From the NCBI GenBank assembly GCA_009859145.1, contig VRVR01000003.1, forward strand, positions 7,066 to 71,065: a DNA stretch of 64,000 nt, written 5' to 3'. Both the position numbers and the translations under genes were made by a program. Positions 31,901 to 42,763 of this stretch are shown here, piece by piece (positions within the stretch are counted from its first letter, which is position 1; every line of letters begins with the position of its first letter). The notes under the pieces are model-generated. The model worked only from the letters and a program-made list of their open reading frames with translations, searched no databases and was not told the DNA's origin. This stretch comes from Andalucia godoyi And28 (Eukaryota > Protista > Jakobida).

Positions 31901-34900
31901 TCTGTTGTGCCGTTCGTTGCAAAGGTTCTTGAAGGATGCGCTGGTAGCCGCGTGTTCAAACCACACAACCCGTTCACAATGGGCTTGTTGAGCATTCTTG
32001 CTGAAATCTACCGTCTACCGGATCTGAAGTTGACGCTTCGTTTTGAAGTGGAAGTGTTGTGCAAGCATCTCGATGTGAATTTGGCCGCAATACCCGTCAA
32101 GAGCATTTTGAGAGACAGAATTCCGGTGGATCGTGTGTCATCGCCTGATTTTTCCAGCCAGCCTTTGCCTGGCAACGTTCCTGTGGTCGAGGACTCCATG
32201 AAGAAGTTCCGAATGTCTCCTTCTATTGGTCCTGTTCCGGCACCGTACTCATCGCCACAACGGTTGCCTGCTCCTTCTGGAAACCAGCCTCTGAGTGCTG
32301 CTGCATCAGCGGCCGCAGCAGCACCATTGCATCAGCCGGCAGTCAATGAACTCAGCGAGGCAGTGTTGCATAATGTTGTCGTGGATGTCCAGATTTTCCA
32401 TTTTTTGCAGGATCCACAGCTGAAATCAAAGGTTGCGAGTGCCTTGCATAAGGCGATAACAGACGTGATTGGCCCGATTGTGGATCGATCTGCTACTATT
32501 TCCTGCATCACAACTCGTGATTTGGTGCGCAAGGATTTTGCCTTTGACGGTGACGAGGACCGTTTCCGTGCCTGTGCTCAGCTGATGGTCCAGCGATTGA
32601 CGAGCAGTCTTACGTATGTTACATGCCGAGATCCTCTTCGAAACACGTTTTTGGGGTCCCTTCGGTCGCTGTTGACATCCGTCCCGCAGAGTCCGGAATC
32701 GGAGCATGTCGTGCAACAGTTGGTGGCGGACAACTTAGAACTTGGTTGCCGCATTATCGAGCGAGCGGCACTTGAACGATGTCTATCAGACTTGGACAAA
32801 TTCTTGGAGGACTCGTACCGCATGCGACGCGAAGCGCATGCCAATGGAGTCGCTTTTGTGGATTCCGGTCTTGTCGAGTCTATGAATGCTGTCCTGAGAA
32901 ATGCGCCTGCCTTCCCGCATATGTTGAAACCAGGGCCAGGGACGCCGCATGTGATGCAACTTGCTGTTTATGAAGAGTTCCTTAAGTCGCCTCTCCGAGC
33001 TGAAGAGAGTATGGGTATGACAGCGCCTGCTGGACCTCCTGAGGGAAATGTTGGAGATGATGGTGTTCGTGTTACGCTAAAACGACTGCACTCTATTCTG
33101 GAGGAAGTAGAAAAGGTGGTAGCATCCGAAATGCAGAGGTCGGTTGAACCGCTTCGCACGCTGGTGTCGTTTCCCAGAGATCATCCAATCATTGTGTTGT
33201 TGAAAGTGATTCCCAATATTTTATCCGAAGGGAGTGCTGGACAGGCGGACGCTGCGCTGCTGTTTGCGAAGGAGGTGATGTCAAAAATTCTCGAGGAGCA
33301 GAATTTGTTCACGATGGAACTGCAGTTCAACATTCTTGAAGCCATTCGAGTGGTGCTTCCTGACCTCCCCAACGCGCTGACAGAATGGGTTTGCTCGACG
33401 CAGGTGCATCGCATCTTCCGTCGAAGTATCACGTTCACTCTTCTTCGATCGGGTATTCTGAACGTGAAGCGGATGGATGTGTTGCTTGCGCATTCCATAC
33501 TTTCGTCCACGGAAAAGGATCCTTCATCCTTGGAATTCGCTGTCAATCTTGTTCGAAACTTTGTTATAGAAGACAAGAGTATTCGCGCAGAAGATGTGAT
33601 GAATGTTCTCGACGCGTTGAGCTCATATGCGGCAAGCCAGCGAGCCCCCTCTGGAACATCCGACAAGCTGGTTGGTCTTGTGAATATGGCGCGCAGCCTT
33701 GTTTCATCCGACACCCCTTCTGCTTCGGATGCGGCAGATTCTGCACAGGCCGGCCTCTCGGGTCGTCGCTTGCTAAAGCCCCGAGAGCATGATCCTTTCC
33801 TCGTTAAGCTCTTTGAGGAGTGGCTTGTCTTGTACTCGACATCGCTGTCTGACCAGGCCGTTATTGCATTTCTGGCGAAAGTCGAGAAACTGGGGCTGCT
33901 GCGGTCTCCCGCTAGCTTTGGGCAGTTGTTCCGTACGTGTGCAGAACTTGCTGTTGATGCCTCCTGCAACCGCTGCTGGACCGTTGCCCAAGCTGACGGA
34001 ACGCCGGACAACGCCTGTTTTCTTCCGATTGATGCGTTTTCCGGTTTGCTGTTTTTGATTGGAAAATGGTTCATTAAACCGGAGATGCCCTCTGCAAAGA
34101 CTCCTCTTGTGAAGACTGTTGTCGACGTCTTTGCACATGTATTGGTGGAGGATGCCGGATTCGCGGGATCTCAATTTGACCAGCGCCCGTATGTGCGATT
34201 CTTTTTGAATGTCATCAACGAAGTCTGCACCGAACCGTCTTTGGAGGGCATCCAAATCCCCTTGTTGCTGACTGTCGCAGAATCTCTTGAATTGATTTCG
34301 CCGCTCCGAGTACCGTGCTTTGCATTTTCATGGTTGCAACTGTTCGCTCACAAAGATCTGATGTCTCGTCTGTTGCGTCGAACACCGAACAGCTCCTTGC
34401 AAGGTATTTTGGTGATGAAGACGTTGATGATGTCTCTGCTACGGTTCATGTATCCCATTTTGTCTTCTTCTCAATTCACGGTTCCTTTCCGCACGTTTTA
34501 TCGTGGTGTGTTGCGTGTGTTCCTTGTCATTGTTCATGATTTTCCAGAGTTTTTGTGCGACTTCCATAATGCATTTTGTGATGTCATTCCAGCCACATGT
34601 GTTCAGTTGCAAAACCTTGTGTTGTCTGCCTTCCCGTCTGCGATGCGCTTGCCAGATCCGTTTACACCAAATTTGAAAGTGGATCTACTCCCCGAGATCC
34701 AGCAGTCTCCTCGAGTGCTTCTCGATCCGAGCGAGTTGCTGCGGGCACGCGCTCATGTTTTCTTTGACCGTCTCCAAGAGTATTTGCAATTGAGACATCG
34801 ACCATCTTTCTTGCACGAATGTATGGACGTTGTCTCCGAATCGGGTGCCGATGATTCATTTTTGCACGCTCTTGTGTTATTTTCTGGTATGACAACCATC

Positions 34901-35326
34901 GAGCAGCTTCAACGGAAGACTCCCTCGGTGTCTATTGTTGACAGTGCTGCAATGGATATTTTCCGCCATCTCATTTTGAACAGTGCACCACGCGGCCGAT
35001 ACCGGATTCTGAATGCCATGGCGAACCAGCTTCGCTTCCCGAACAATCATACGCATTACTTTTCCTGTGTCATCCTCTTCCTGTTTGCAGAAATCACAGT
35101 TGATGGAGAGCATCTACAGGAACAAATCACTCGGGTTCTGTTTGAGAGGCTCATTGTCAATCGCCCCCATCCTTGGGGTCTGTTGATTACATTCATTGAG
35201 CTCGTCAAGAACCCGAGATACGCATTTTGGCAACGATCTTTTATCCACTGTGCGCCCGAAATCAATCGATTGTTTGATAACGTCGCAAGGTCCTGCGAAA
35301 GTGCATCCATTTCTTCTTCTGCCTGA
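28936..35326 (+). CDS. CNOT1: CCR4-NOT scaffold NOT1; two exons 28936-29034 and 29183-35326 (2080 aa)
   Basis: Splicing gives MIDLSCIEGSQIQQIL...ISFDDPKSRQRILKSLL, matching the NOT1 N-terminus. Other segments: TTP-binding YRFFEDYP, MIF4G NKIHFILNNIS, CAF40-binding IVDRSATISCITT...KDF, and C-terminal RPHPWGLLITFIEL. Confidence 0.95.
29035..29182 (+). other. Spliceosomal intron in CNOT1 (148 nt, phase 0)
   Basis: Donor AG|GTATGC, branch-like CTGAC at 29154-29158, acceptor CAG at 29180-29182. Removal restores the frame. The alternative acceptor at 29127 gives an immediate stop. Confidence 0.85.
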
Positions 35327-35674
35327 GGAAGGTGGATTGCAAGGTTTCTTTGGCGGTGCTGCTGCCGCTGTTGCTGCTGTACATATATATACACATTGTT
35401 CTCATATTCTCCTCACCAGTCGGCTGGTTGATGGTGTGCTTTTTTTTGTAGAAGTTTGCGTATAAAATCCCGTGTTATTTGTAAAGGTTTTGCTTTTAAT
35501 AATTCATTTAATTAATTATTTAATTATTTATTATTATTATCATCATCATTATCATCATCATCATCATTTTTCCTTTTTCTTCTTCTTCTTCTGTTTGTTT
35601 GAATGCTTGGTTTTTTTGTTTTAATAATACAAAGATGGGCTGCAATAAATAAATACAGGTTGGGAAACTGCCCA

Positions 35675-35986
35675 TTATGATCGCGTGAACTTGTGGAATC
35701 GGTCCATTTGAATTTCGTAATCATCGCTCGGATACGCATCCAGGATGGACAGTATGCTCATTGGAGGACTCAGTCCCATTCTCTGCGCTCTCTCAAACCG
35801 CTCTCTACGTGTCGATCCACTCGTCGGTCCAAACCGGAGGTTGCAGTCAAACTCGTTCAACAATCGGAGTGCGGCGTCGCGCGATGGATACAGCAACGAC
35901 GCACCACTCTCCGGTTTAACCTCAATGACATCCTTTGACGTACTTTCGACAACCGGCTTCTTTTGCCGAAACAGAAGAGTATTCAT
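35675..35986 (-). CDS. POLD4: DNA polymerase delta subunit 4 (p12/Cdm1)
   Basis: LLNEFDCNLRFGPTSGSTRRERFERAQRMGLSPP matches the POLD4 core (LxxFD...YGP..G.TR..RW.RA..MGL.PP). Confidence 0.88.
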   Translation of the reverse strand: MNTLLFRQKKPVVESTSKDVIEVKPESGASLLYPSRDAALRLLNEFDCNLRFGPTSGSTRRERFERAQRMGLSPPMSILSILDAYPSDDYEIQMDRFHKFTRS

Positions 35987-36260
35987 CTCGTCTGCTTTCC
36001 TTACTGAGCGATGGATGCGTGATGTGAACTGCAGTTATCGTCACGAATGTATCCTCGCGAATAACAATTAAAAAGTTATTATCATCATCATATTTTGACT
36101 CTGAAAAAGTCACAAAATCTGAAGGAAGCGGACAGCTTTTATTTGTGTGGAATTAAAGAACAGTTGTGTGCGATGTGTCTCCCCGCGACTACGGCAGGCT
36201 ATGCTAACATCATCCACCGACAGCCTTTTGTTCTCTCTGTTATTCATTCTGATGGTTTGT

Positions 36261-36549
36261 GTTTTATGTTATCGAATCCCCAAGCAGCACCTTTCATAGG
36301 AGGGGGAAAAAAACATCCCATGGCTCCAGAGAGGGATCTTCCCGACAAACTCAAACCGGCCATGCCCCGAAGAGGCCGAGAACCAAGAAACTCGTGGTTA
36401 TGACGACCGTTTTTTGATGCAGAGCAATCTGCATGGACGAGTTGGTGCTCACCCCCACATAAATAAAAACAAAAAAACAAGTGGCTTGGATCTTTCTTTG
36501 GTAGAAGCTTCGCCGATGATCAATACCGATTCGCGTTTTGGCAAGCGGA
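36261..36549 (+). repeat. Dispersed diverged repeat, copy A (homologous to 63072-63520); possible relic of a gene or mobile element
   Basis: Collinear shared blocks: CAAGCAGCACCTTTCAT, AAAACATCCCAT, GAGAGGGATCTTCC, CTCAAACCGGCCATG, CCAAGAAAC, TTTTGATGYAGAGC, and a 39-nt block CTTGGATCT...GCCGATGATCAA (36485-36523 vs 63474-63512). Confidence 0.85.
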
Positions 36550-36832
36550 CGCAATTAAGTGTCAGCCCCCCTCATCTCCAGTGCCATCGCTGTGGAGTGC
36601 AGACTAGCAAATATGGGATAAATGCCAGCGGCAAAGCCAGTTTTGCAGGAATGATCGGCGTGCAGAAGAAAAACAGACCAGCCTTGGTATGTAACAAAAA
36701 GGGCACCAACGAACAATTTTATATCGAAAAGTTACGAAACCAAAATTACAAAAACGCAGCGGTGGTGTCCTGCTTCCTTTCAGAGAAATCCCCAAGTTTT
36801 TAAACAAAACTTGAAAAAAACACGCGGGGTTC

Positions 36833-37558
36833 TTACTGGGTGATCTGGAAAGAAGACGACTTGACGTCGTAGACAGCAGAGTGGGGGTGCTTGGATCCGC
36901 ACTGTCCCTCGCAGATGGCAAGGTCAACCTTGTAGGTACCCGGGCTGAACGGCTCATCCTCGGACGGCTGTGCCTGGAGCTGGAACTTGACACCATAGTT
37001 GCCTGGTGCAAATCCTTCATTGAGAGAACCATCTCCGAAGCCCGGACCATCAGGGGACTCAACGTCGATGACAATCTCACCTGTACCGGTCTGGTTGAAG
37101 ACGGTGAACGTCATGGTGATGTCAAAGGTGGTTCCGGCAGGGCCCGAGGGCGGCTGGATGGCCACATTCTCGATCTTGGCGCAGGGACCCTCGCAGTCGT
37201 GGACGGGGCACGTCTTGAGGATTTCGCAGTACCAGATGGGGTCGAGGTCGGCCTTCTGGATTGCCTTGATGAAGACTTCGATTCCAACAACGTCGCACAA
37301 CAGGTTGCAGGCAGTGGCCTCAACCTTGTTGGGGAGCTTGGAGCACAGGTCAGAGCAGCCTCCGATCACTCCGGCGTTCAAGATGATGTTCAGGAGCTGG
37401 TTCAAGGCCTGGTCTGCGAACTGAACGCACAGCGGGCAAAGATCGAGCTGAACACGGGAAACTCCCTTGGGGGCCGACGTCACACGGACGGGGGACGCGG
37501 CATGCGACGCCGAGATGGCGAGAACTGCAATAAGCGCAAAGGCAGCAAGGAACTTCAT
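36833..37558 (-). CDS. Countin-like secreted protein (saposin-B domain plus C-terminal beta-sandwich)
   Basis: Signal peptide; six-Cys saposin CPLCVQF...LLNIILNAGVIGGCSDLC...CNLLCDVVG...DPIWYCEILKTC; C-terminal domain QPSEDEPF...CEGQCGSKHPHS. Both parts resemble Dictyostelium countin-1 (CtnA). Strongly GC-ending codon usage. Confidence 0.88.
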   Translation of the reverse strand: MKFLAAFALIAVLAISASHAASPVRVTSAPKGVSRVQLDLCPLCVQFADQALNQLLNIILNAGVIGGCSDLCSKLPNKVEATACNLLCDVVGIEVFIKAIQKADLDPIWYCEILKTCPVHDCEGPCAKIENVAIQPPSGPAGTTFDITMTFTVFNQTGTGEIVIDVESPDGPGFGDGSLNEGFAPGNYGVKFQLQAQPSEDEPFSPGTYKVDLAICEGQCGSKHPHSAVYDVKSSSFQITQ

Positions 37559-38609
37559 TTTGTTCTCTAAGAAAAGGAGAAAAAAGAAGGAGAAAAAGAA
37601 AAAAGAAGAAAGAAGAGAAAAGTTTTACGAGAAGAAGAAGAGCAAGGTAAGCGCAGCTTTTTATTTACGCGAACGACGACAAACGACCAGGGGAAAAAAA
37701 GAAAAGTGACAGGCTGGGGGGGGGGGCGCGCGACCGGATACACAAAGAGTCTGTGCAGCGCATACATCGACGAGAACTGCGTTTTGCAACAAGCCGTCCG
37801 GATTTGTCAATTGGCCGATTTTGCTGCTGTGGAATCCAGCCGTGTGACACGAATGTCGCAGCAACAACCGTTGAATAATAATAACACGTCATTGTCATGC
37901 ATACGGGAGGAAGTATATATAAACAGACACGGTCAAATACTGGCCGACACTGGCACGTTTGCTTCACGGGAATTCAGCCTGTGACACCAGTTTGAGACCT
38001 CTCAGATGGTGCTCAAACACATCATCGTCGAATCCGCTGCAAGACTGCCAATCCCAGCAACGTTTGTTCCATAAGGCGACCGGGTATCGCGAGCGGCGGA
38101 AGCAACGTGTTTGCATGTCCCGCGTGCAGCTCGCAGATTGATCGAGATTGGAACGAAGCGCGGGACATCTATCTGAAGAACGCCGTGAGGCATGTTGAGG
38201 GCCTATCCCCTTCCCGGCAACGGGATGCAAGATTGAATATGCATGCCCATTCGTAGATATGCATGCTCGGTGTATAATGTAGGCGTGAAACTCTCTGTCT
38301 TTTCGCGCTATGATGGGGTCGCTCTCACCTTTTTTTTAGCATCAAGTACACGAATGGCAAACCCCTCCCTTATTGAAACATGCGCTCGTGCCTTTTCGTG
38401 TCGGTTGTAGTCGGGCTGTCGGTCTCGTGCAAGATAGCGGCTGTAAAAAACAACTTGGGCAACTCGCCCAGCTGGCTTGAATATTGTCATTTCTTCCCTC
38501 TTGCATTTTTTTCCTTTCTCTTTTATATTGTTTTGTTTTGCTTTGATTTGTTTCTGTTTTCTGTTTCTGTTTTCTGTTTTTTTAAAAAGAAAACATCCAA
38601 GAAATAGTC

Positions 38610-41240
38610 ATGTCTGTGGCCCCAAATCGCATTTTCACGGTGGATGCAACTCCGTCATCAGCAAAAGCAGAGTTTCGACAGCTTGCGATCGTGAAGAACA
38701 GTCCATGTTCGTATCCATCGCAACTTGGCCGCATCATTGCTCTTACAGACAACTACTTTGCGTACATTGTGAAGCGCAAGACTGTGCGCATCGTCAGTCG
38801 CCAGAATGCAAAGTCTGCGTTGTGGGACGGTCTTGAGGAGCGCCGCATTCTCGAGATGACTGCACTCGCGTCCTCAGTCGATGTTTTCGCTGTTATCTTT
38901 GAGTCGGGACATCTTGTCCTGCTTTCTCCGTCATCTGGCCCTGACTCGGTTACTCTCCAGGCCAGCATTGCTGCCGAGACACCAGCAAAGGGAGCGTGGT
39001 TCTCGCGGATCGCTGCATCACCGGACGGCACTGCGCTTGCAGCTCTTGTTGTTTCGCCCAACACGGACCATCCTGGATTCAATCCATCCACACATACAGT
39101 CCATGCAACGACGGAGGATCATAGTGTTCATGGTGGAAATGCCAATGTTACTAACGCGCAGCTGCAGGCAAAAATGCACCAGCAAACCAACGGAGTTGAG
39201 AACGGCGAGTATTCGTATTCCATTGTCGTGTATTCGGTGCACGGCACAACGACTCTCGCAAGACGCGGTTCCACGGGACTGTCAAGTCCAATGATCCCGA
39301 CGGGTGCGGGAAATGGGCTTTGGACTGATGTGTCGTTTTCAAAGGACGGGCGGCTGCTGGCTATGGTCAACACCGCAGGAACATTGGAAATCCGCGATGC
39401 CGATACGCTCGCGATTTCATTCCGATATCCCAGGCTTGGTGCACTGTTTAGCGTCAAGTTCACGCGGGATACTGACTGTGTGGTGCTGGGCGAGGCCCCC
39501 AGTGCTGGAAACAACAACAGCGGATGCGCAAAACTGTTCCATTATCCTACGGGACACACATTGTCCAAGTTGCTGTTCACCGTCGCAGGACAGAGCAAGC
39601 CGCTGTTGTGGGTCCCAGACACAGATGAGACAGGACAGTGTGTGGTCGTCTGGAGCCCCAATCACCCAGTGATTGCCGTGTTGACGCTGTCTGGCTCAGG
39701 CTCCTCCCTGTCGTTTGCTGCGCAGCAGGCTCGCACTGTAACCCTTGAACAACCAGCAATCTCGGTCTTCTCGATCTTCAAGATTCTTGATGGCGGTGCA
39801 GGAGCACGAACCGGACTGTTTGTAATGACAAACTCGAGCTTCGGCCTTAACTCTGTGACCTTGCAGCTGTCGACCTCGCAGCTTTCTTCTCCGACAAATC
39901 TTGGAACATCTTCCTCCCCTGCACCCGTGTTTGCAGCTGCGCCTTCACCCTCACCTGCGCCTTCAGTGACTGCACCAGGCTCAGGTTCTTCGTCTGCCGG
40001 AGCGATGAACTCTCCTGTGCCGAATCCCATGCCTTCATCCGCTGCCATTGGATCAGGAACGCCGTCGTTGCTCAGCAGCGCAATCCCCTCCATATTGAGT
40101 ACGATGTTCGCAGCTGCTTCGATTTCTGGAGCAGCAGGATCCCAGTCCCCTCTGACTTCTTCTGGGGGCTCTGCACCTGCTTCTTCGGTGCTGTCCTCGG
40201 GCGCAGGCAGTTCTGTAGGTGCAACCGGGGCGCTAAATGGTCCAGTCTCATCTCAGTCTGGATTGGCAGGCTCTGCTCACTCTTCTGTTGCTCCTGGTGG
40301 CCCCGTTTCATACTTGCCTCTCTCTGCACCGCCTGCAGCGTCCATACCCCCTCCGATATTTTCGTCGCTGCAGAACTCCAGTGTTTCTCAAAGCCCCGAG
40401 AGCGCAGCGATGTCGTCGTCATCTTCGTGGAAGAATAGACCTGCCGCGTCCTCTGCGGGTGTGTCCACTGCTGATATCGAGTTGTTGATCGACAAGAGAG
40501 TGAATGCGTACATGGAGTCGTTCCAGACTAGGGCCATCGATAGCCTGAAGGCATCGTTCCGTCAGGTCTTCACGGAGACCATGGTTCCCTCCCTGGAGTC
40601 CTCTGTCCAGCGCATGTTTTCGCAAATTTCGACGGCACTGCAATCTGGTCTTTCTGAGGAGTTTGAGCAGTTCCGATCATCGGCAATGGTGGAAATTCAG
40701 TCGAGTGTGCAAAACAGTGTCAACCACGCGGTGTCAAATGCTTTTGCGGCTCTGAACAAGAATCTGAACTCCCAGCGAGCCTCCACCTCCGGTCCTGCTG
40801 TTGCTGTGCAAGAGAAGATGGATCCCGCGACGGTTGTGCAACGAGCACTAGACGCCCAGGATTTCCAGACCGCATTTTCCACGGCCCTGTCCTCGAACAA
40901 CCTCCAGTTTGTTATCAAAACATGTAGCAAGTGCTCTGCAGAAACGGTATTGGCTTCGGGCGTACTTGCGCAGCCCATTGTGTTTTCGCTGCTGCATCAG
41001 CTTTGTGTCGATTTGACGACGGAGACTGCGCTCAAGATCGAATGGATTGAAAACGCTCTGTCTGTTCTTGAGGAGCCGAACGATAAGCTTCTTGGAAAAG
41101 CTCGCCCGGTTCTGACAAAGTCCCTGGAAAATCTTCGAGCCGCGAATGCATCGATCTTGGCGATGGGTGGAAAGACCCTCAAGTCCTACCGCATCATCAT
41201 GAAGCTTCTGCCTCCGTTGTGTGTTGGAAGCAGTCAGTAG
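38610..41240 (+). CDS. EDC4: Enhancer of mRNA decapping 4 (Ge-1/VARICOSE)
   Basis: N-terminal WD40 region (IIALTDNYFAYIV...VRIVS), Ser-rich linker, and C-terminal helical domain VPSLESSVQRMFSQI...AFSTALSSNNL...LAQPIVFSLLHQLCVDL. Confidence 0.85.
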   Translation: MSVAPNRIFTVDATPSSAKAEFRQLAIVKNSPCSYPSQLGRIIALTDNYFAYIVKRKTVRIVSRQNAKSALWDGLEERRILEMTALASSVDVFAVIFESGHLVLLSPSSGPDSVTLQASIAAETPAKGAWFSRIAASPDGTALAALVVSPNTDHPGFNPSTHTVHATTEDHSVHGGNANVTNAQLQAKMHQQTNGVENGEYSYSIVVYSVHGTTTLARRGSTGLSSPMIPTGAGNGLWTDVSFSKDGRLLAMVNTAGTLEIRDADTLAISFRYPRLGALFSVKFTRDTDCVVLGEAPSAGNNNSGCAKLFHYPTGHTLSKLLFTVAGQSKPLLWVPDTDETGQCVVVWSPNHPVIAVLTLSGSGSSLSFAAQQARTVTLEQPAISVFSIFKILDGGAGARTGLFVMTNSSFGLNSVTLQLSTSQLSSPTNLGTSSSPAPVFAAAPSPSPAPSVTAPGSGSSSAGAMNSPVPNPMPSSAAIGSGTPSLLSSAIPSILSTMFAAASISGAAGSQSPLTSSGGSAPASSVLSSGAGSSVGATGALNGPVSSQSGLAGSAHSSVAPGGPVSYLPLSAPPAASIPPPIFSSLQNSSVSQSPESAAMSSSSSWKNRPAASSAGVSTADIELLIDKRVNAYMESFQTRAIDSLKASFRQVFTETMVPSLESSVQRMFSQISTALQSGLSEEFEQFRSSAMVEIQSSVQNSVNHAVSNAFAALNKNLNSQRASTSGPAVAVQEKMDPATVVQRALDAQDFQTAFSTALSSNNLQFVIKTCSKCSAETVLASGVLAQPIVFSLLHQLCVDLTTETALKIEWIENALSVLEEPNDKLLGKARPVLTKSLENLRAANASILAMGGKTLKSYRIIMKLLPPLCVGSSQ

Positions 41241-41260
41241 AATGAACATCGATAAAACCA

Positions 41261-41407
<147 letters not shown>

Positions 41408-41540
41408 CTGTCTGTTTGTCTGTCTGTACGGGATTTGATAATTTATTTTGTTGCTATATAACAGAGGAGGGGGAGAAGAATGAAAGATGCACCTGGATTC
41501 CTTGACAGCGCAAGAACGGAAAAACAGCCAAGCTGATTTT

Positions 41541-42362
41541 CTAGGAATTTGCGATCGTTCTCCAACTTCGCTTCCAATTTGCCATATCGCTTTGGATAGC
41601 TCCCTTCCAATTCGTGTGTTTTAGGAACCGCAGAATCTCATTCAAGCGCATTTGACAATAAGCCCGTGCTTCCGAGTGGCCAAGTTCCAAGATGATGACG
41701 TCCGTGACCTCTGGGACCAGAATTGAAAATTCCACAGGACGACCCGTCAGGCTTTCCCGAATGAGAAACACCTCTTCATTCGACGGAAACGCACTTGTTT
41801 CTGCTGGCGGCATGTGGTGCGCAACACCCAACCCGCGCATGTCTGCATAATACTCCAAGACCCCCGAATAGTTATCCGCGCTCTTTTGAATATCCTGCGC
41901 AAGAGCATTCATCACGTCTGGTGCGGTTGCTTCTGAATAGCCAATCTCTGTTAGAAACGCCAAAACTCGTGTCTTTGCCTCTTCATCCTCCAACCGGACC
42001 TGTGGAATCACATCTGTTTCAAGATATCGCGGCAGAAACGCTTCGGCTGCCGGCAAGTCACCACCACCACCACCACCACCACTATCGCCTCCACTTCTTG
42101 TACCTCCTTCCCCTCCACTATTTGGACCAGTGCTATTGCTCCCTGAAGAAAGTGCGCCGGGATGCACCGAAAAGCTTCTCAGAAACGGAACATTGTCTGC
42201 ACAGGCAACCCGCATCAGCGATGCAATGACGCTGTATTTGCGAACAAACTCGGGCCATTGGTCCAGCTGGTCAAACCGAAGCGCCTCAATGCTGCTGCGA
42301 ACCTCGGAAAGATGAGACGCAAGAGTGCGAATCATGTGGTTCAGGTCTGTAGACGCAGCCAT
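41541..42362 (-). CDS. MED8: Mediator subunit 8-like protein
   Basis: QWPEFVRKYSVIASLM, PFLRSFSVHP and FLPRYLETDVIPQVRLEDEE follow the MED8 motif order (WP.VL..F.LL...; P.LR..V..P; VP..LRTK..PEVE). There is a Gly-rich insert. Confidence 0.65.
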   Translation of the reverse strand: MAASTDLNHMIRTLASHLSEVRSSIEALRFDQLDQWPEFVRKYSVIASLMRVACADNVPFLRSFSVHPGALSSGSNSTGPNSGGEGGTRSGGDSGGGGGGGDLPAAEAFLPRYLETDVIPQVRLEDEEAKTRVLAFLTEIGYSEATAPDVMNALAQDIQKSADNYSGVLEYYADMRGLGVAHHMPPAETSAFPSNEEVFLIRESLTGRPVEFSILVPEVTDVIILELGHSEARAYCQMRLNEILRFLKHTNWKGAIQSDMANWKRSWRTIANS

Positions 42363-42763
42363 GGCTTAAATCAAATTAATCAACAAAAATAATAATAACA
42401 AAAATAATAATAATAACCAACAACAAAATGAAAACAAAATGAAAACAGGCCAACTGCACAGATAGCCTTGAACCTGCTCCTAAACCAGATGCGACGGAAT
42501 AAGAAACAGAAGCCAGGGCCAGGGAATAAGGAAATACGGAACCGTCGGTGCGTGGCGGATCCGATGTTCGCGCAGTTCACACGTTTTCACACGTAGCACA
42601 ATCGCGAGTCAGAGAAAGAGATTATGCATGACACAAATAGGAAGAAGGAAAACATGCAGAGAAGGGGGACCTTTATTATGTTTATTTATTATTTTTTCTA
42701 CAGGCGGAGAGAAAAGAAAAGAAAAAGGCAGATCACTGCGAGGACGGATGCTGCTTCTTTTTT

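Noticed and set aside
36366-36392. Minus-strand TTCTCGGCCTCTT resembling the 5' end of U2 snRNA
   Set aside because: The branch-pairing GTGTAGTA and the Sm site are absent.
37642-38005. Perfect AG|GTAAG donor at ~37647 and CTCTCAG acceptor at 38005 on the + strand
   Set aside because: No upstream coding exon, and the implied ~358-nt intron is unlike the two supported introns.
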